A DNA stretch of 64,000 nt from Abditibacterium sp. (GCA_965246885.1 CBDFFV010000001.1:1-64000), one strand, 5' to 3'; positions 53,647 to 64,000 are shown, counted from the stretch's first letter. Made by a program: numbers and translations. Notes: generated by a model from the sequence alone, not told the origin.

Positions 53647-54483
53647 TTGGAAAAAGCGGCCACCAGGCTGCGTCACTCGCGTCTTCTCAAAAACTCCTTC
53701 TGGCTCTGGAACGGAGTGCGCCCCCTTTATAACCGCGTGCTGGGCGCGCGAAGTCACACCGGGTTGGAACGCAACATCAATGGCACCGACCGCGTGTTCA
53801 TCGCCCCGCACGTGCGCGTCGTAACCGAAGAGTACAAACCCGATGTGTGGGCCAGCCTGATGAGCGAGTTGCGGCGCGACGACACTCTCGCCGATGTCGG
53901 CGCCTACTACGGCCTCTACGCGGTCGCCGTCGCAAAGCGGATGGGGGCGGAAGGACGGGTCGTGGCCTTTGAACCCAGCGCCGCCAACCGCGCCGTGTTG
54001 CAAGAACATCTGCGATTGAACCATGTGGAAGAGAAAGTTGAGGTTGTGGCGGCGGCAGTGGGAAGCGAGACTGGGCGCGTAAGTTTTGCGGGCAACAATT
54101 TCAGCGAGTCGCACGTTGTGGCCGGACAAGAAACCGCCGCGTCAAACACCGGTTCGGTGTCTACCGAATCGGTCGAGATGGTCACGCTCGACGGCCACTT
54201 CGCAGGCATGAAGCTCGACATTCTAAAGATAGACGTGGAAGGTTTCGAGGAACAGGTGCTGCGCGGTGCCGATAAACTCTTGCGCGACGCGGCGCGCGAC
54301 CCACGCGTTTTATACATCGAGGTTCATCCCTTCGCGTGGCATCACCTGGGAACGACGGGCGAATCACTGCTCGCTTTGCTTGCCTCTCACGGCTTCACCA
54401 CGACTTTTGTGGACGGGCGCCCAGCCAATAAGATTGAGGATTACGGCGAGATCATCGCGCGCAGAACTCCACCCGCTCTTTGA
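53647..54483 (+). CDS. FkbM family methyltransferase
   Basis: DVGAYYG, VAFEPS and LKIDVEGFE; start uncertain. Confidence 0.88.
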   Translation: MEKAATRLRHSRLLKNSFWLWNGVRPLYNRVLGARSHTGLERNINGTDRVFIAPHVRVVTEEYKPDVWASLMSELRRDDTLADVGAYYGLYAVAVAKRMGAEGRVVAFEPSAANRAVLQEHLRLNHVEEKVEVVAAAVGSETGRVSFAGNNFSESHVVAGQETAASNTGSVSTESVEMVTLDGHFAGMKLDILKIDVEGFEEQVLRGADKLLRDAARDPRVLYIEVHPFAWHHLGTTGESLLALLASHGFTTTFVDGRPANKIEDYGEIIARRTPPAL

Positions 54484-54561
54484 ACAAGCCGTCTTCGTGG
54501 TCTCCTCTGCTACAACGCAACGTCGAAAGTATCATCCGTTAGCTTCGTATAATTCCATCCG

Positions 54562-56580
54562 ATGAAAATCGAGAGCCGCGCGTTGCCCCGGCTGGGAATC
54601 TTTTTCTCCCATCCCACACAGCACCACTCGGTCATGTTCAAGCACTTGTCCGAGGTGCCGGATATTTCCACCCACATCTACTACTACGATTATGGCTCGC
54701 TCAAAGGCGCCTTCGATCCGGGGTATGGCACGAGCGAGAGTTGGGATGTGGACTTGTTGTCGGGAACGCCCACCAAAGTTCTGCCCAACCTCCTGCGCGG
54801 CCAGCAAATCAGCCAGTTCCGGCAGTTCAATCCCCGCGTCATCGGGGCGATGCTGCGCGAACGCTTCGACGCGGTTTTCGTGTCGGGCTACGTCAGTCCC
54901 TCCAATTGGCTGGTGCTTCTGGGCGCAAAACTACTGGGCGCCAAGGTCTTTTACCAGTCCGACACCAACATCTTGGACGAAGAGCGCAAGCCGCAGTCGC
55001 GCCTCAAAGCCGTGTTGCGGCGCGCGTTCTTGGATCGGGTGGATTTGTTCTTGCCGATTGGCGACCACAACCGCGAGGTTTATACCCGGCTCGGTTACGA
55101 CCCGCAAAACATGGTGTGGTGTCCTTGTCCCGTAGATGTCGAACGCTTTCGCGGCTCCCTCGATAACGCCCAAACCAAAACGGTCAGCGAAGGACTGCGC
55201 GCCAAATACGACATTCCCGATGGCGCCAAAATCGTGGCGTTTTGCGGCAAGCTCATCGAGCGCAAGCGCCCGCAAGACCTCATTGACGCCGTCCGGTCGC
55301 TCGGTCGCTCCGATGTCTACGCCCTTCTCATTGGCTCCGGCCCGATGGAAGCGCAGCTTCGGGCGGGTCTTTCGCCCGCTGACCCCGTTCGCATCACCGG
55401 CTTCGTCAATCAAAGCCAAATGCCCGCGCACATGATGCTCGCCGACGTGGGCGTGGTGTGTTCCGAATGGGATCCGCACCCGCTCGTCGTGACCGAGTTC
55501 GCCGCGTGCGGCTTGCCCGTTGTCGCCTCGCACTTTTGCGGGATGTGGGGGCCAAACGACATCCTGCGCCCCGACGAGAATGGCTTTGTCTATCCCTGCG
55601 GCGATGTCGCGGAGTTGGCGTGTTGCATCACCCGCTTGGTGGACGACCCGGCCTTGGCAGCGCGCATGGGCGCGCATTCCCTTGAACTTTCCGCCACCCA
55701 ATCGGCCCGCTACGGCGCCCAGATTGTTGCCGAGCAACTCCGAAAACTGAGAAGATCCATTGCCGTGTCCCATTCCAACACCTCTTCGCGGGTCGCTTTG
55801 GTGCCACTCAAGCGGGCAATAGCTGCGGTTTTGTGCAGCGCGCCAATGGGTTGGTTCGTCGGGACGCTGTTCGCCAATCGCGTTCCTCATCGGGGCGCCT
55901 CTATTGATACGCACCACAAGGCAGTGAAGTCGACCGTCAAGGCGGCTCTGCTGTGGGGCATTTACGAGAGCGCCGAGACGCGCTTTTTGCAAAAGTATCT
56001 GGAGCCGACACGGGATGTCGTCGAGTTGGGCGCCAGTTTGGGCGTCGTCACTTCGCACATCGCGCGCATCGTCGGAACGAAGCACCAAATCGTGGTCGTG
56101 GAAGCCAACCCCGCGCTCCTCGATTCGATTCAAACCAACGTGCGCCGGAACTGTTCCGGCGCGCGCCTGTCGGTCGTTCATGGGGCTATTTTCTACTCGC
56201 CCGCCCACGAGCCGCCGCCCGCCTCGATTCATTTGCAACTTGGCAACACCAACACCGATTCGAGCGTGGGCGGCGGCCCCACTGACTCGTCCGTTGCTGT
56301 GCCCGTCGTGACGCTCAGCCAAATTCTGGAAGCGCACGCTATTGGTGGCTACACGCTCGTCTGCGACATTGAGGGCGCCGAAGTCGGCCTGCTCGAACGC
56401 GAACAAGCGGCCCTTTCGCGCTGCGAACTGCTGATTGCCGAACTGCACGCAACCCAATGGGAGGGGCAATCTGTGAGCGCCGACGAACTCTGCGACCGGT
56501 TCCAACGCGAGCACGGCTTTCGCTTGCGCGACCGGCACGGCCCGGTTTGCGTGTTTGACCGGCCAAAAGTATCCGTATGA
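54562..56580 (+). CDS. GT4 glycosyltransferase fused to FkbM methyltransferase
   Basis: aa 1-~400 GT4 (FCGKLIERKRP, GFVNQS, EFAACGLPVV); C-terminal ELGASLG, VEANP and CDIEGAE methyltransferase motifs. Confidence 0.8.
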   Translation: MKIESRALPRLGIFFSHPTQHHSVMFKHLSEVPDISTHIYYYDYGSLKGAFDPGYGTSESWDVDLLSGTPTKVLPNLLRGQQISQFRQFNPRVIGAMLRERFDAVFVSGYVSPSNWLVLLGAKLLGAKVFYQSDTNILDEERKPQSRLKAVLRRAFLDRVDLFLPIGDHNREVYTRLGYDPQNMVWCPCPVDVERFRGSLDNAQTKTVSEGLRAKYDIPDGAKIVAFCGKLIERKRPQDLIDAVRSLGRSDVYALLIGSGPMEAQLRAGLSPADPVRITGFVNQSQMPAHMMLADVGVVCSEWDPHPLVVTEFAACGLPVVASHFCGMWGPNDILRPDENGFVYPCGDVAELACCITRLVDDPALAARMGAHSLELSATQSARYGAQIVAEQLRKLRRSIAVSHSNTSSRVALVPLKRAIAAVLCSAPMGWFVGTLFANRVPHRGASIDTHHKAVKSTVKAALLWGIYESAETRFLQKYLEPTRDVVELGASLGVVTSHIARIVGTKHQIVVVEANPALLDSIQTNVRRNCSGARLSVVHGAIFYSPAHEPPPASIHLQLGNTNTDSSVGGGPTDSSVAVPVVTLSQILEAHAIGGYTLVCDIEGAEVGLLEREQAALSRCELLIAELHATQWEGQSVSADELCDRFQREHGFRLRDRHGPVCVFDRPKVSV

Positions 56581-57623
56581 AAGTTCTTTTGGTAGGCGAC
56601 TTTGCGACTTGGATAACGGCGATGGAGCGGTCGTATCGCCGCGCGTTCGAGGCCATCGGAAGCGAGGTGTTGGCGTTCGACATCCACGCGGCCATCAACC
56701 GGCATTGCCGCTTGGGGCGGGTGGGGCGAACGCTCAACCGCTTCCTGCCCGTCGAAGCGTGGACGCGCAAAGCCAATCTCGAACTGTTGCAAGCCGCCGA
56801 TAACTTCGCGCCGGAACTGCTCGTCGTCATCGGCACAAGCGGCGTGTTGCCGGGGATTTTGGCGCAAATCAAGGTGCGTTTGCCCGCTTGCACCCTCGCG
56901 TGCGTGTATCCCGACGGGCCGTATAACCTCACGAACGAGCGCATCGCGTGCCTACCGTTCTTCGATTTCGTGACCACCTCTTCCCCGGCATGGCAAGAGG
57001 CGTTTCGGAAATTGGGCGCCCCGCGCGTCGAGTTCTTGCCCTTCGGGGTGGACGAGACGCTGCGGGCGCGCGCCACGAACTTCGTGCCCGACGCGGCGCT
57101 CGCGCATGATGTCACCTTCATCGGCAACTGGCGCCCCGAACGCGAGGCGCTTTTGGAGAGGCTATGCGATTTCGACGTGCGCGTGTGGGGCGGCGACGGG
57201 TGGCAGAAGCGTATCCGGCCCGATTCGCCGCTCGCGGGCAAGTGGGGCGGGCGTGCGTTGCAAGGGCCGGAGTTCGCGCTCGCGTGCGCGCAAAGCCGAA
57301 TCATGCTCAACATCATGGATGCCGCGACGTGGCCGGGGCCAAATATGCGCGTCTTCGAGCAGGCCGCGTGCGGCGCTTTTTCGCTTACCACGCGCTCGGA
57401 GGCCGTCACCGACCTGTTTCCCGAAGGGCAAACCATCGAGTGCTTCGGCTCGGTCGAGGAAGCCCGCGAGAAAATCCGCTTTTATCTGGCAAACGAAGAC
57501 GCGCGCCAAGCCATCGCCAACGCGAGCTACGAGTTCGTCCTTCGTGGCGGTCACACCTACGCGGACAGGGCGCGGCAGTTGCAAGCGTGGGTAAGGGAAA
57601 TGCCGCAAAATGTGGCGCGTTAG
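56577..57623 (+). CDS. CgeB/YkvP-like glycosyltransferase (Glyco_trans_1_2)
   Basis: DVTFIG, NMRVFEQAACG and HTYADRA motifs; ATGA overlap with the upstream gene. Confidence 0.85.
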   Translation: MKVLLVGDFATWITAMERSYRRAFEAIGSEVLAFDIHAAINRHCRLGRVGRTLNRFLPVEAWTRKANLELLQAADNFAPELLVVIGTSGVLPGILAQIKVRLPACTLACVYPDGPYNLTNERIACLPFFDFVTTSSPAWQEAFRKLGAPRVEFLPFGVDETLRARATNFVPDAALAHDVTFIGNWRPEREALLERLCDFDVRVWGGDGWQKRIRPDSPLAGKWGGRALQGPEFALACAQSRIMLNIMDAATWPGPNMRVFEQAACGAFSLTTRSEAVTDLFPEGQTIECFGSVEEAREKIRFYLANEDARQAIANASYEFVLRGGHTYADRARQLQAWVREMPQNVAR

Positions 57624-57675
57624 GGGCACATGTTCCCAAGGGCGCGCTCATTTTGTAGGCTTTTCCCAGCTTTTC

Positions 57676-58917
57676 ATGCCAGAATCGAACCCGGCTCCCC
57701 CGGTGCAACTCGCCGCGCCCAGCGCCCAGCCGCTGTTGCAACTTATTTTCTACAACAACCCCGACGGTCATCCGCCCATCATCAACGGCCTGCGGTTGTT
57801 GGCGCGCGCCGGTTTCGAGATCGAAGTCTTTTGCCGCGATGATGGCAACGATTGGGGGGTGGCCTATCCCGATGCGGTGCGTTTGCACCGTTTGCGCGGG
57901 CCAAGCGGCAACTCGTTGCGCGATTTCGGCGACTTCCTCCTGCGCGTCTTGCGAGGAGCCGACAAGCGCGGCGCTCTCGTCATGGGGCACGATTCGCACG
58001 GCTTTCTGGTCGCCCGCCTTCTGGCGTGGGCACGCCGTCGCCCGTTGATTTACCACTGCCACGACTACGCCGACGCGAGCGACGCCAAACACATTAAAAC
58101 GCGCGGCGTGAAGTTGGCGCGCGACTTCGAGCAACGCTTCGCGCGCACCGCGCAGGTCGTCATTGTCCCCGACGCCGACCGCGCACTCATCATGAAGCGC
58201 GAATTGCGCCTTACGCGGGAGCCGCTCATCGTCGCCAACGCGCCACTCAAAGAAAACGCTCCCAGCGCGCCGCTCCAAGAAAACGCCCCCAACACGCCGG
58301 ACGACGCGCTACAACAAGCGCTCGCCGCCCAAGGCAAGCGCTTCGAGCGGATCGTGTTTCGCCAAGGCCGACTCGGAGAGGGGCACGCCATCGAAGGCAC
58401 GCTACGCTCCCTTCCGGCGTGGAACAATGCGGGCTGGGGATTCGCGGTCATGGGGCCGGGGGATGAGGCTTACCGCGAGCAACTGCTGGCGCTGGCGCGC
58501 GAGTTGGGCGTGGAAGAGCGCTTCGCCATCCTGCCGCCCGTTGGCTACGACCGCGTGAGCCACTTCACGCGCGGCGCCGATGTCGGACACACGATGTATG
58601 CCCCCATTCATACCACCAACATGCATCACTCGACGGCCTCGAACAAAATCATGGAGTGTCTGAGCGCTGGGCTGCCGATCTTGGTGTCGGATGGCCCCGC
58701 GCTACGCGCCTTGGTCGAGAGGCACGGTTGCGGTTTAAGCGTAGATCAAAGCTCACCCGAAGCCATCGCCGCCGCCGTCAACTCGTTGCTGGGCGACCCG
58801 CAACGCGCCGCCGACATGGGCCGCGCCGCGCGCCGCGCTTTCGACGAGGTGTTCTGCTACGACCGCCAATTCGCGCCTGTGATTGACGTGGTGCGCCACT
58901 TGGCAGGGGGAAAATGA
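57676..58917 (+). CDS. GT4 family glycosyltransferase
   Basis: IYHCHD and ASNKIMECLSAGLPILVS motifs; start MPESNP. Confidence 0.85.
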   Translation: MPESNPAPPVQLAAPSAQPLLQLIFYNNPDGHPPIINGLRLLARAGFEIEVFCRDDGNDWGVAYPDAVRLHRLRGPSGNSLRDFGDFLLRVLRGADKRGALVMGHDSHGFLVARLLAWARRRPLIYHCHDYADASDAKHIKTRGVKLARDFEQRFARTAQVVIVPDADRALIMKRELRLTREPLIVANAPLKENAPSAPLQENAPNTPDDALQQALAAQGKRFERIVFRQGRLGEGHAIEGTLRSLPAWNNAGWGFAVMGPGDEAYREQLLALARELGVEERFAILPPVGYDRVSHFTRGADVGHTMYAPIHTTNMHHSTASNKIMECLSAGLPILVSDGPALRALVERHGCGLSVDQSSPEAIAAAVNSLLGDPQRAADMGRAARRAFDEVFCYDRQFAPVIDVVRHLAGGK

Positions 58918-59025
58918 ATCCCAAAGCAGCCAAGCGCGCACACTTGGCTTCCGTGTTCCATCAGAAGTAGCGGCGGATAAGAGCGGCGGGACGCTTCCCG
59001 CGACCGTGTGTCCTACAATGTTCCT

Positions 59026-60522
59026 ATGGCTTCCTACTCTTATCCCGGCAACGCCCGCCCGCGCGGTCTTGAAATCGGCGGCAGGGTTATTTCCACCACG
59101 CAAACCGCGTGGGTCGGTTATATCTTGGCGCTTTTGACCTACGCAGTCGTCTTTGGCGAGTGGCAAAAGGTGCCGGTGCCCGACGATGTTCACGCGCTGG
59201 GCGTGTTGGTGGCGGCGCTGTGCTTTTTCCCGATGGCGCTCTGGACGGCGCGCGGCAGCCGCGAAATCCCGGCTTTCGAGCTAATCTGCATCGCGTATCT
59301 GATGGCGTTCAGCGTTCCGATCTACGTCTTGCCCAATCGCATCACCATCTTCAGCGAGCCAATGTATTTCACGTGGGCAGACACAGCGCGCGCCGTCTCG
59401 CTCGCGGCTATTGGCATCGCGGCGCTTATCGGGGGCTACTATCTCGCGCTCAGCAACAAGTTCCAGTTAAACGCGCTGCAACTGGACTTGCCCCTCGCCC
59501 CGCACAAGCGGCTCACCTTCGTCAAGCTCGCCCTCCTGCTCGGCTTCATTCCTCTTATCGCGGGCGGCGCGGGGAGGTCGGCGGACGCGGGCGTTTTCAA
59601 CTCTCTCGTTAGCGTCTTGCAGAACCTAACCAACGTGGCCATTGTTATCTTGGGCTACCGCGTTGTGCGCGGACAGGAGAATAGCCAATGGAAACTGGTG
59701 CTGTATGGCGCCGCCACCCTTTCGGCGTTGCTTGGGTTGACGGCGGGGATGCTCGAAGCTGCCGTCGTTCCGCTTCTGCTCGTAATCATTGTGCGCTGGA
59801 ACGTCTCGCGCCGCCTTCCCTGGGGGCTTCTGGGGGTTGGGCTGTGCGTCTTTATACTGCTCAACTCGCTCAAGATGAGCTACCGCGCGCAGACGTGGGG
59901 CGCGACCCGGCACATCGGCATCACCGAGCGCATCGGCATTTGGGCCGACTTGCTGACCGGGGGCGGCGTGGCGAGCCACAAGCAGACCAGCTTTCAAGAC
60001 TCGTTCGGCAAAACGATGAGCCGCTTCGACTTGCTGCATAACTTCGTGCGCGTCCAGCAACTGACGCCCGGCACCGTGCCCTATTACGAGGGGAGCACGT
60101 ATGGGTATCTGTTCTACGGATGGATTCCGCGCTTCCTCTGGCCCGATAAACCCATCGCCCAAGGCGCCAACGTGACCTTCGCAGTCGCGTATGGCTTTCT
60201 CGCGCCAGAGCAAACCAGTTCGGTCATGATCGGCATCGGCCACTTGCCCGAAGCCTACGCCAACTTCGGCGTGGGGGGCATCGTCTTCGTGATGGCGCTT
60301 CAAGGCGCGTTTCTGGCGTTCATCGGCAAGATGCTGAACGGGCCACACTCCGAAGGCGGCAAAGCCATTTACCTTGCCATCATGATTTTCTTCCTCAACG
60401 GCATCGGCAGTTCAACTGCGGCCTTGTTTATGTCCGTTCCGCAAACGCTCATCATCAGCAGCCTTATCCTGCGCTTATTTGCGACCGGTTGGCGCGCGCA
60501 TCCGCAACTCCAGCACCGTTAA
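59026..60522 (+). CDS. wzy: Putative Wzy polysaccharide polymerase
   Basis: About 11 TM segments with a periplasmic loop; SRFD, IPRFLWPDKP and EAYANFG motifs; start 59008 or 59026. Confidence 0.7.
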   Translation: MASYSYPGNARPRGLEIGGRVISTTQTAWVGYILALLTYAVVFGEWQKVPVPDDVHALGVLVAALCFFPMALWTARGSREIPAFELICIAYLMAFSVPIYVLPNRITIFSEPMYFTWADTARAVSLAAIGIAALIGGYYLALSNKFQLNALQLDLPLAPHKRLTFVKLALLLGFIPLIAGGAGRSADAGVFNSLVSVLQNLTNVAIVILGYRVVRGQENSQWKLVLYGAATLSALLGLTAGMLEAAVVPLLLVIIVRWNVSRRLPWGLLGVGLCVFILLNSLKMSYRAQTWGATRHIGITERIGIWADLLTGGGVASHKQTSFQDSFGKTMSRFDLLHNFVRVQQLTPGTVPYYEGSTYGYLFYGWIPRFLWPDKPIAQGANVTFAVAYGFLAPEQTSSVMIGIGHLPEAYANFGVGGIVFVMALQGAFLAFIGKMLNGPHSEGGKAIYLAIMIFFLNGIGSSTAALFMSVPQTLIISSLILRLFATGWRAHPQLQHR

Positions 60523-60553
60523 GCGCCCGCCCTTGCCGCTTCGCGGTTCTCGA

Positions 60554-61711
60554 ATGCACGTCCCACCATCTTCCAAGCACTTGCAAATCCTGTATTTGAC
60601 GCCCGATTTATTCGGCCCCCCAAGCGGCATTGCGCGCTACTGCCGCCTCGTGTGCCGCGCGACCTTGGCGGGTGGGCACGCGCTCACCACCGTTTCTCTG
60701 CTCGACCAAAGCCCCGCCCGCGCGCAGGCCAAAGCGACGTTCCCCAAAATGCGCTACTTTCCGTGCGCCGACCGGCGCGGCGCGTTCATTGGGCGCGCGC
60801 TCCGGGCGCTCCGCGCGCGTCCCGATGTCATCTTGGTCGGCCATCCGCACCTTGCCCCCGTTGGCTGGTTGCTTGGCCAAATCGCTCGTGCCCCTGTCGT
60901 CAATTTCATTTACGGCATGGACGCTTGGGAGCCGCTTTCCCCACTGCGCCGGGGCGCCTTGCAAAGCAGTGCGCTCATTCTGTCCATTTCGCGCTTCACC
61001 GCGCGACGTTGCGAACACACCAACGGCATCGCGCCGGACAAAGTGCGCATCCTGCACAACTGCCTCGACCCCGATTTGCAGCACCAAGAAGCGCACCCCC
61101 CCACCGACGCATTGTCCCTCCTGACCGTCGGGCGCATCAACAACTGGGAGCACCCCAAAGGACACGAGTTCGTCATCCGCGCCTTGCCGCAGTTGCTCCA
61201 GCAGTTCCCTTCCCTCACCTATCGCGTTATCGGCAACGGCGACGGGTGGGCACCCTTACAAAAGCTGGCAGCAGAACTGGGCGTGAGCGAGGCCATCCAC
61301 TGGTCGGCCTTTGTGCCCGAAGCGGAGTTGGCGCGCGCCTACGCGCAGGCCAGCGTATTTATCATGCCCAGCCAAAGGGAAGGGTTTGGCTTCGTGTTCG
61401 CCGAAGCGATGGCGCAGGGTGTCCCCGCCATTGGCGGCGATAGCGACGCTACGCCCGAAGTCATTGTAGATGGAAAAACCGGCTTTTTGGTTGATCCCAC
61501 CTCCGTCGAAGCCATCACCGAGGCCGCCGCGCGTTTATTGGGCGATGCAGATCTGCGCCGCGATATGGGCCGCGCCGCGAGGGAACACGTCGCGCGCCAG
61601 TTCAGCTTCGACAAGTTTGAGGAAACCCTCCTCGCCTTCTTGTGCGAACTGCTCCCGCCACACTCGGAGAGTGTGACGGGTAGGGGCGCTCCCGACCATG
61701 CTTCCGATTGA
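60554..61711 (+). CDS. GT4 family glycosyltransferase (paralog 1)
   Basis: PSGIARY, KGHE and EGFGFVFAEAM. Confidence 0.88.
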   Translation: MHVPPSSKHLQILYLTPDLFGPPSGIARYCRLVCRATLAGGHALTTVSLLDQSPARAQAKATFPKMRYFPCADRRGAFIGRALRALRARPDVILVGHPHLAPVGWLLGQIARAPVVNFIYGMDAWEPLSPLRRGALQSSALILSISRFTARRCEHTNGIAPDKVRILHNCLDPDLQHQEAHPPTDALSLLTVGRINNWEHPKGHEFVIRALPQLLQQFPSLTYRVIGNGDGWAPLQKLAAELGVSEAIHWSAFVPEAELARAYAQASVFIMPSQREGFGFVFAEAMAQGVPAIGGDSDATPEVIVDGKTGFLVDPTSVEAITEAAARLLGDADLRRDMGRAAREHVARQFSFDKFEETLLAFLCELLPPHSESVTGRGAPDHASD

Positions 61712-61789
61712 CCTGATACCGCCCCTGTTAAGATAAACCCCCGCCCGTTTCCCATTCTCTGCCGCGCCCCGACACCGCACCTTTCCGCC

Positions 61790-62896
61790 ATGCCTTTGCG
61801 AATTTTGTATTTGACGCCGGATTTGTTTGGGCCGCCAAGTGGCATCGCGCGCTATTGCCGCATGGTCTGCCGCGCCCTCGCGCACGGAGGGCACCGCGTC
61901 ACCACCATTTCCCTGCTCGACAAAGACAGCGCCCGCACCGAGGCCAAAGCCGCGTTTCCGGCGATGCGCTACTTTCCGTGCGACGCCAAACGGCGCCCCT
62001 TTATCCGCCACGCCCTGCGCGCCGTGCGCACCCGACCGGACGTAATTTTAGTGGGACACCCCAACTTCGCGCCGCTCGGCTGGCTCTTAGCCCGCTTGAC
62101 TGGCGCGCCCGTCATCAGCTTCATTTATGGCATAGACGCTTGGGAGCCGCTCTCGAAAGCGCGCCGGTGGGCGCTTGGCGCGGCTACACGCATCGTGTCC
62201 ATTTCTCGCTTCACCGCCCAAAGCTGCGCGCGCGTGAATGGCATCGCGCTCGCCAAAGTGCGCATCTTGCACAACTGCCTCGACCCCAATTTCCAAGAGC
62301 GCAACGCCGCGCCCGCGCCCGACGCCCTCTGCCTCCTCACTGTGGCCCGCATTGACGCGGGCGAAGGTTACAAGGGGCACGATATCGTTATCCGCGCTTT
62401 GGGGAAACTATTACAACGGTTTCCCTCACTCGTCTATCACGTCGTCGGCGACGGTGATGGGCGCCCCGCGCTCGAAGCCCTCGCGCGCACGGAGGGCGTT
62501 GCCCATGCCGTCTGCTTTCATGGCGTGGTGTCCGAGCGCGAACTAATCGAGAGCTACCAAAGCGCGAGCGTGTTCGTGATGCCCAGCCGCTTCGAGGGGT
62601 TCGGTTTCGTCTTCGTCGAAGCGATGACGTACGGCAAGCCCGTCGTGTGCGGGAACGAGGACGCTTCGCCCGAAGTGGTGAGCGACGGCGAAAGCGGATT
62701 TTGCGTCGCGCCCACTTCGGTCGCAGCCGTCGGTGCGGCGCTGGAACGCTTGCTCGGCGACGCTGACTTGCGCGCGCGCATGGGACAAGCCGCCAAGCGG
62801 CGCGTCGAGGAACACTTCGGCTTCCCCGCCTTCGAGCGCCATCTGAGCGCCATCTTAGCCGAAGTCGCGCCCGCCGCGCACGAGGCGGCGCAGTGA
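61790..62896 (+). CDS. GT4 family glycosyltransferase (paralog 2)
   Basis: PSGIARY, YKGHD and EGFGFVFVEAM. Confidence 0.9.
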   Translation: MPLRILYLTPDLFGPPSGIARYCRMVCRALAHGGHRVTTISLLDKDSARTEAKAAFPAMRYFPCDAKRRPFIRHALRAVRTRPDVILVGHPNFAPLGWLLARLTGAPVISFIYGIDAWEPLSKARRWALGAATRIVSISRFTAQSCARVNGIALAKVRILHNCLDPNFQERNAAPAPDALCLLTVARIDAGEGYKGHDIVIRALGKLLQRFPSLVYHVVGDGDGRPALEALARTEGVAHAVCFHGVVSERELIESYQSASVFVMPSRFEGFGFVFVEAMTYGKPVVCGNEDASPEVVSDGESGFCVAPTSVAAVGAALERLLGDADLRARMGQAAKRRVEEHFGFPAFERHLSAILAEVAPAAHEAAQ

Positions 62897-64000
62897 AAAT
62901 CCTGCAAGTCACCATCTACGGCGAGCGCAAGTTTGGCGGGCCGCCGCAGAAGATATTCGCCCTGAGCGAGGGTCTGGCCGCGCGCGGACACGAGGTGGAC
63001 ATCGCTTCCTTTCACTCGGATGCGCCGGGGGGTCGCCCGTCAGAGTCCATCGGCGGCGCGCGTCTGCACTTCCTCAAGTGGGTGGGGCGCGAACTGTTGC
63101 AACTCCCGACCGACTGGCGCCGTCTGCGCCGCTTGATTCAAAGGGCCGACGTCGTGCATCTTTACGGTCTGTATAACCTGCTCTGTCCCCTCGCAGCGCT
63201 GTGGGCGTGGCGCTTGGGCAAGCCCTTTGTGCTGGAGCCGGTCGGGATGTGGGTGCCGCGCGCGCGCAACCTGCGCTTCAAGGCGATCTACAACCGCCTC
63301 CTCACCCTGCCGATGGCGCGCGGCGCGGCGCGCGTGGTTGCCACTTCGCCCCGCGAACGGGAGGAGTTGGCGGGCTTTGTGCCCGAAGACAAGCTCGTCT
63401 TGCGGCGCAACGGCCTCGACCTTTCGGCCTTCGCCCACCTCCCGCCCGCCGACGCCTTGCGCGCGCTGTGGGGTTTGGGCGACGGCGAGCGGGTCGTCTT
63501 GTTCATCGGACGCATCAGCCCCATCAAAAACCTCGATACCCTTATCCGCGCCTTCGCCGCCGCCCGCGTGCCCGGCGCGCGTCTCGTGTTGGTCGGGCCG
63601 GAACTCGAACCCGATTACGCCGCCACGCTGCGCGCCTTGGTGGACGAACTCGGCCTCCTTGAGCGCGTCCTGCTCGCGGGCGAACTGTACGGCGACGACA
63701 AACTGGCGGCCTTGGGCGCGGCGGAGTTGTTCGTGTTGCCCTCGACGTATGAAAGCTACGGCAACGCCGCCGCCGAAGCGGTCGCGGCGGGTGTGCCCGT
63801 GCTGCTCTCGAACGGTTGCGGCATCGCGCCGCTCCTCCACGAACGGGCGGGCATGGCCGTCGCGCCCGAAATTGGCCCCCTCGCGGCGGGGTTGACCCTG
63901 CTCCTGACCGACCCCGCCGCGCGCGCCGACCTGATGCGCCGCCGCGCCGAAGTGGTGCGCGACCTCTCGTGGGACGAACCGCTCGACCAAACCGAAGCGC
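62893..64000 (+). CDS. GT4 family glycosyltransferase (3' truncated by window edge)
   Basis: GTG at 62893 overlaps the previous stop; MKILQV..FGGPP, FIGRISPIKNL and ESYGNAAAEA; absent from the ORF track because there is no stop. Confidence 0.85.
   Translation, partial: MKILQVTIYGERKFGGPPQKIFALSEGLAARGHEVDIASFHSDAPGGRPSESIGGARLHFLKWVGRELLQLPTDWRRLRRLIQRADVVHLYGLYNLLCPLAALWAWRLGKPFVLEPVGMWVPRARNLRFKAIYNRLLTLPMARGAARVVATSPREREELAGFVPEDKLVLRRNGLDLSAFAHLPPADALRALWGLGDGERVVLFIGRISPIKNLDTLIRAFAAARVPGARLVLVGPELEPDYAATLRALVDELGLLERVLLAGELYGDDKLAALGAAELFVLPSTYESYGNAAAEAVAAGVPVLLSNGCGIAPLLHERAGMAVAPEIGPLAAGLTLLLTDPAARADLMRRRAEVVRDLSWDEPLDQTEA

Overview
GC-rich bacterial window, probably from a large plasmid or chromid. 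The taxon looks Armatimonadota/Abditibacteriota-like; this is inferred from the DUF1559 H-X9-DG prepilin protein and the multi-SLBB Wza proteins and is not certain. Contents in order: (1) 0.1-13.2 kb, a Wzx/Wzy-type exopolysaccharide cluster with Wza and a degenerate Wzc. (2) 13.3-21.3 kb, a complete lasso-peptide (RiPP) cluster: GT4, B1/RRE, B2 peptidase, C cyclase, two tandem precursor peptides missing from the ORF track, an HPr-type kinase and an ABC exporter. The precursor mRNA has its own promoter, a terminator and a 26-nt 5'/3' UTR long-range duplex. (3) 21.8-23.5 kb, repA with nine 20-bp iterons and DnaA-like boxes. (4) 23.7-29.5 kb, a second Wzc-Wza pair and a nucleotide-sugar dehydrogenase. 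(5) 29.8-37 kb, a LacI-controlled beta-glucan utilisation locus (GH81, GH-A lipoprotein with two CBM-like domains, DUF1559) with a duplicated operator. (6) AraC/PhyH, then parA with a small partner. (7) 41.5-64 kb, a long polysaccharide operon (manC, two gmd, ligase, capD/pglF, asnB, wzx, acyl- and methyltransferases, wzy, many glycosyltransferases). Many intergenic 15-21 bp tandem repeats and long hairpins are present. All calls come from motif recognition; no database searches were run.
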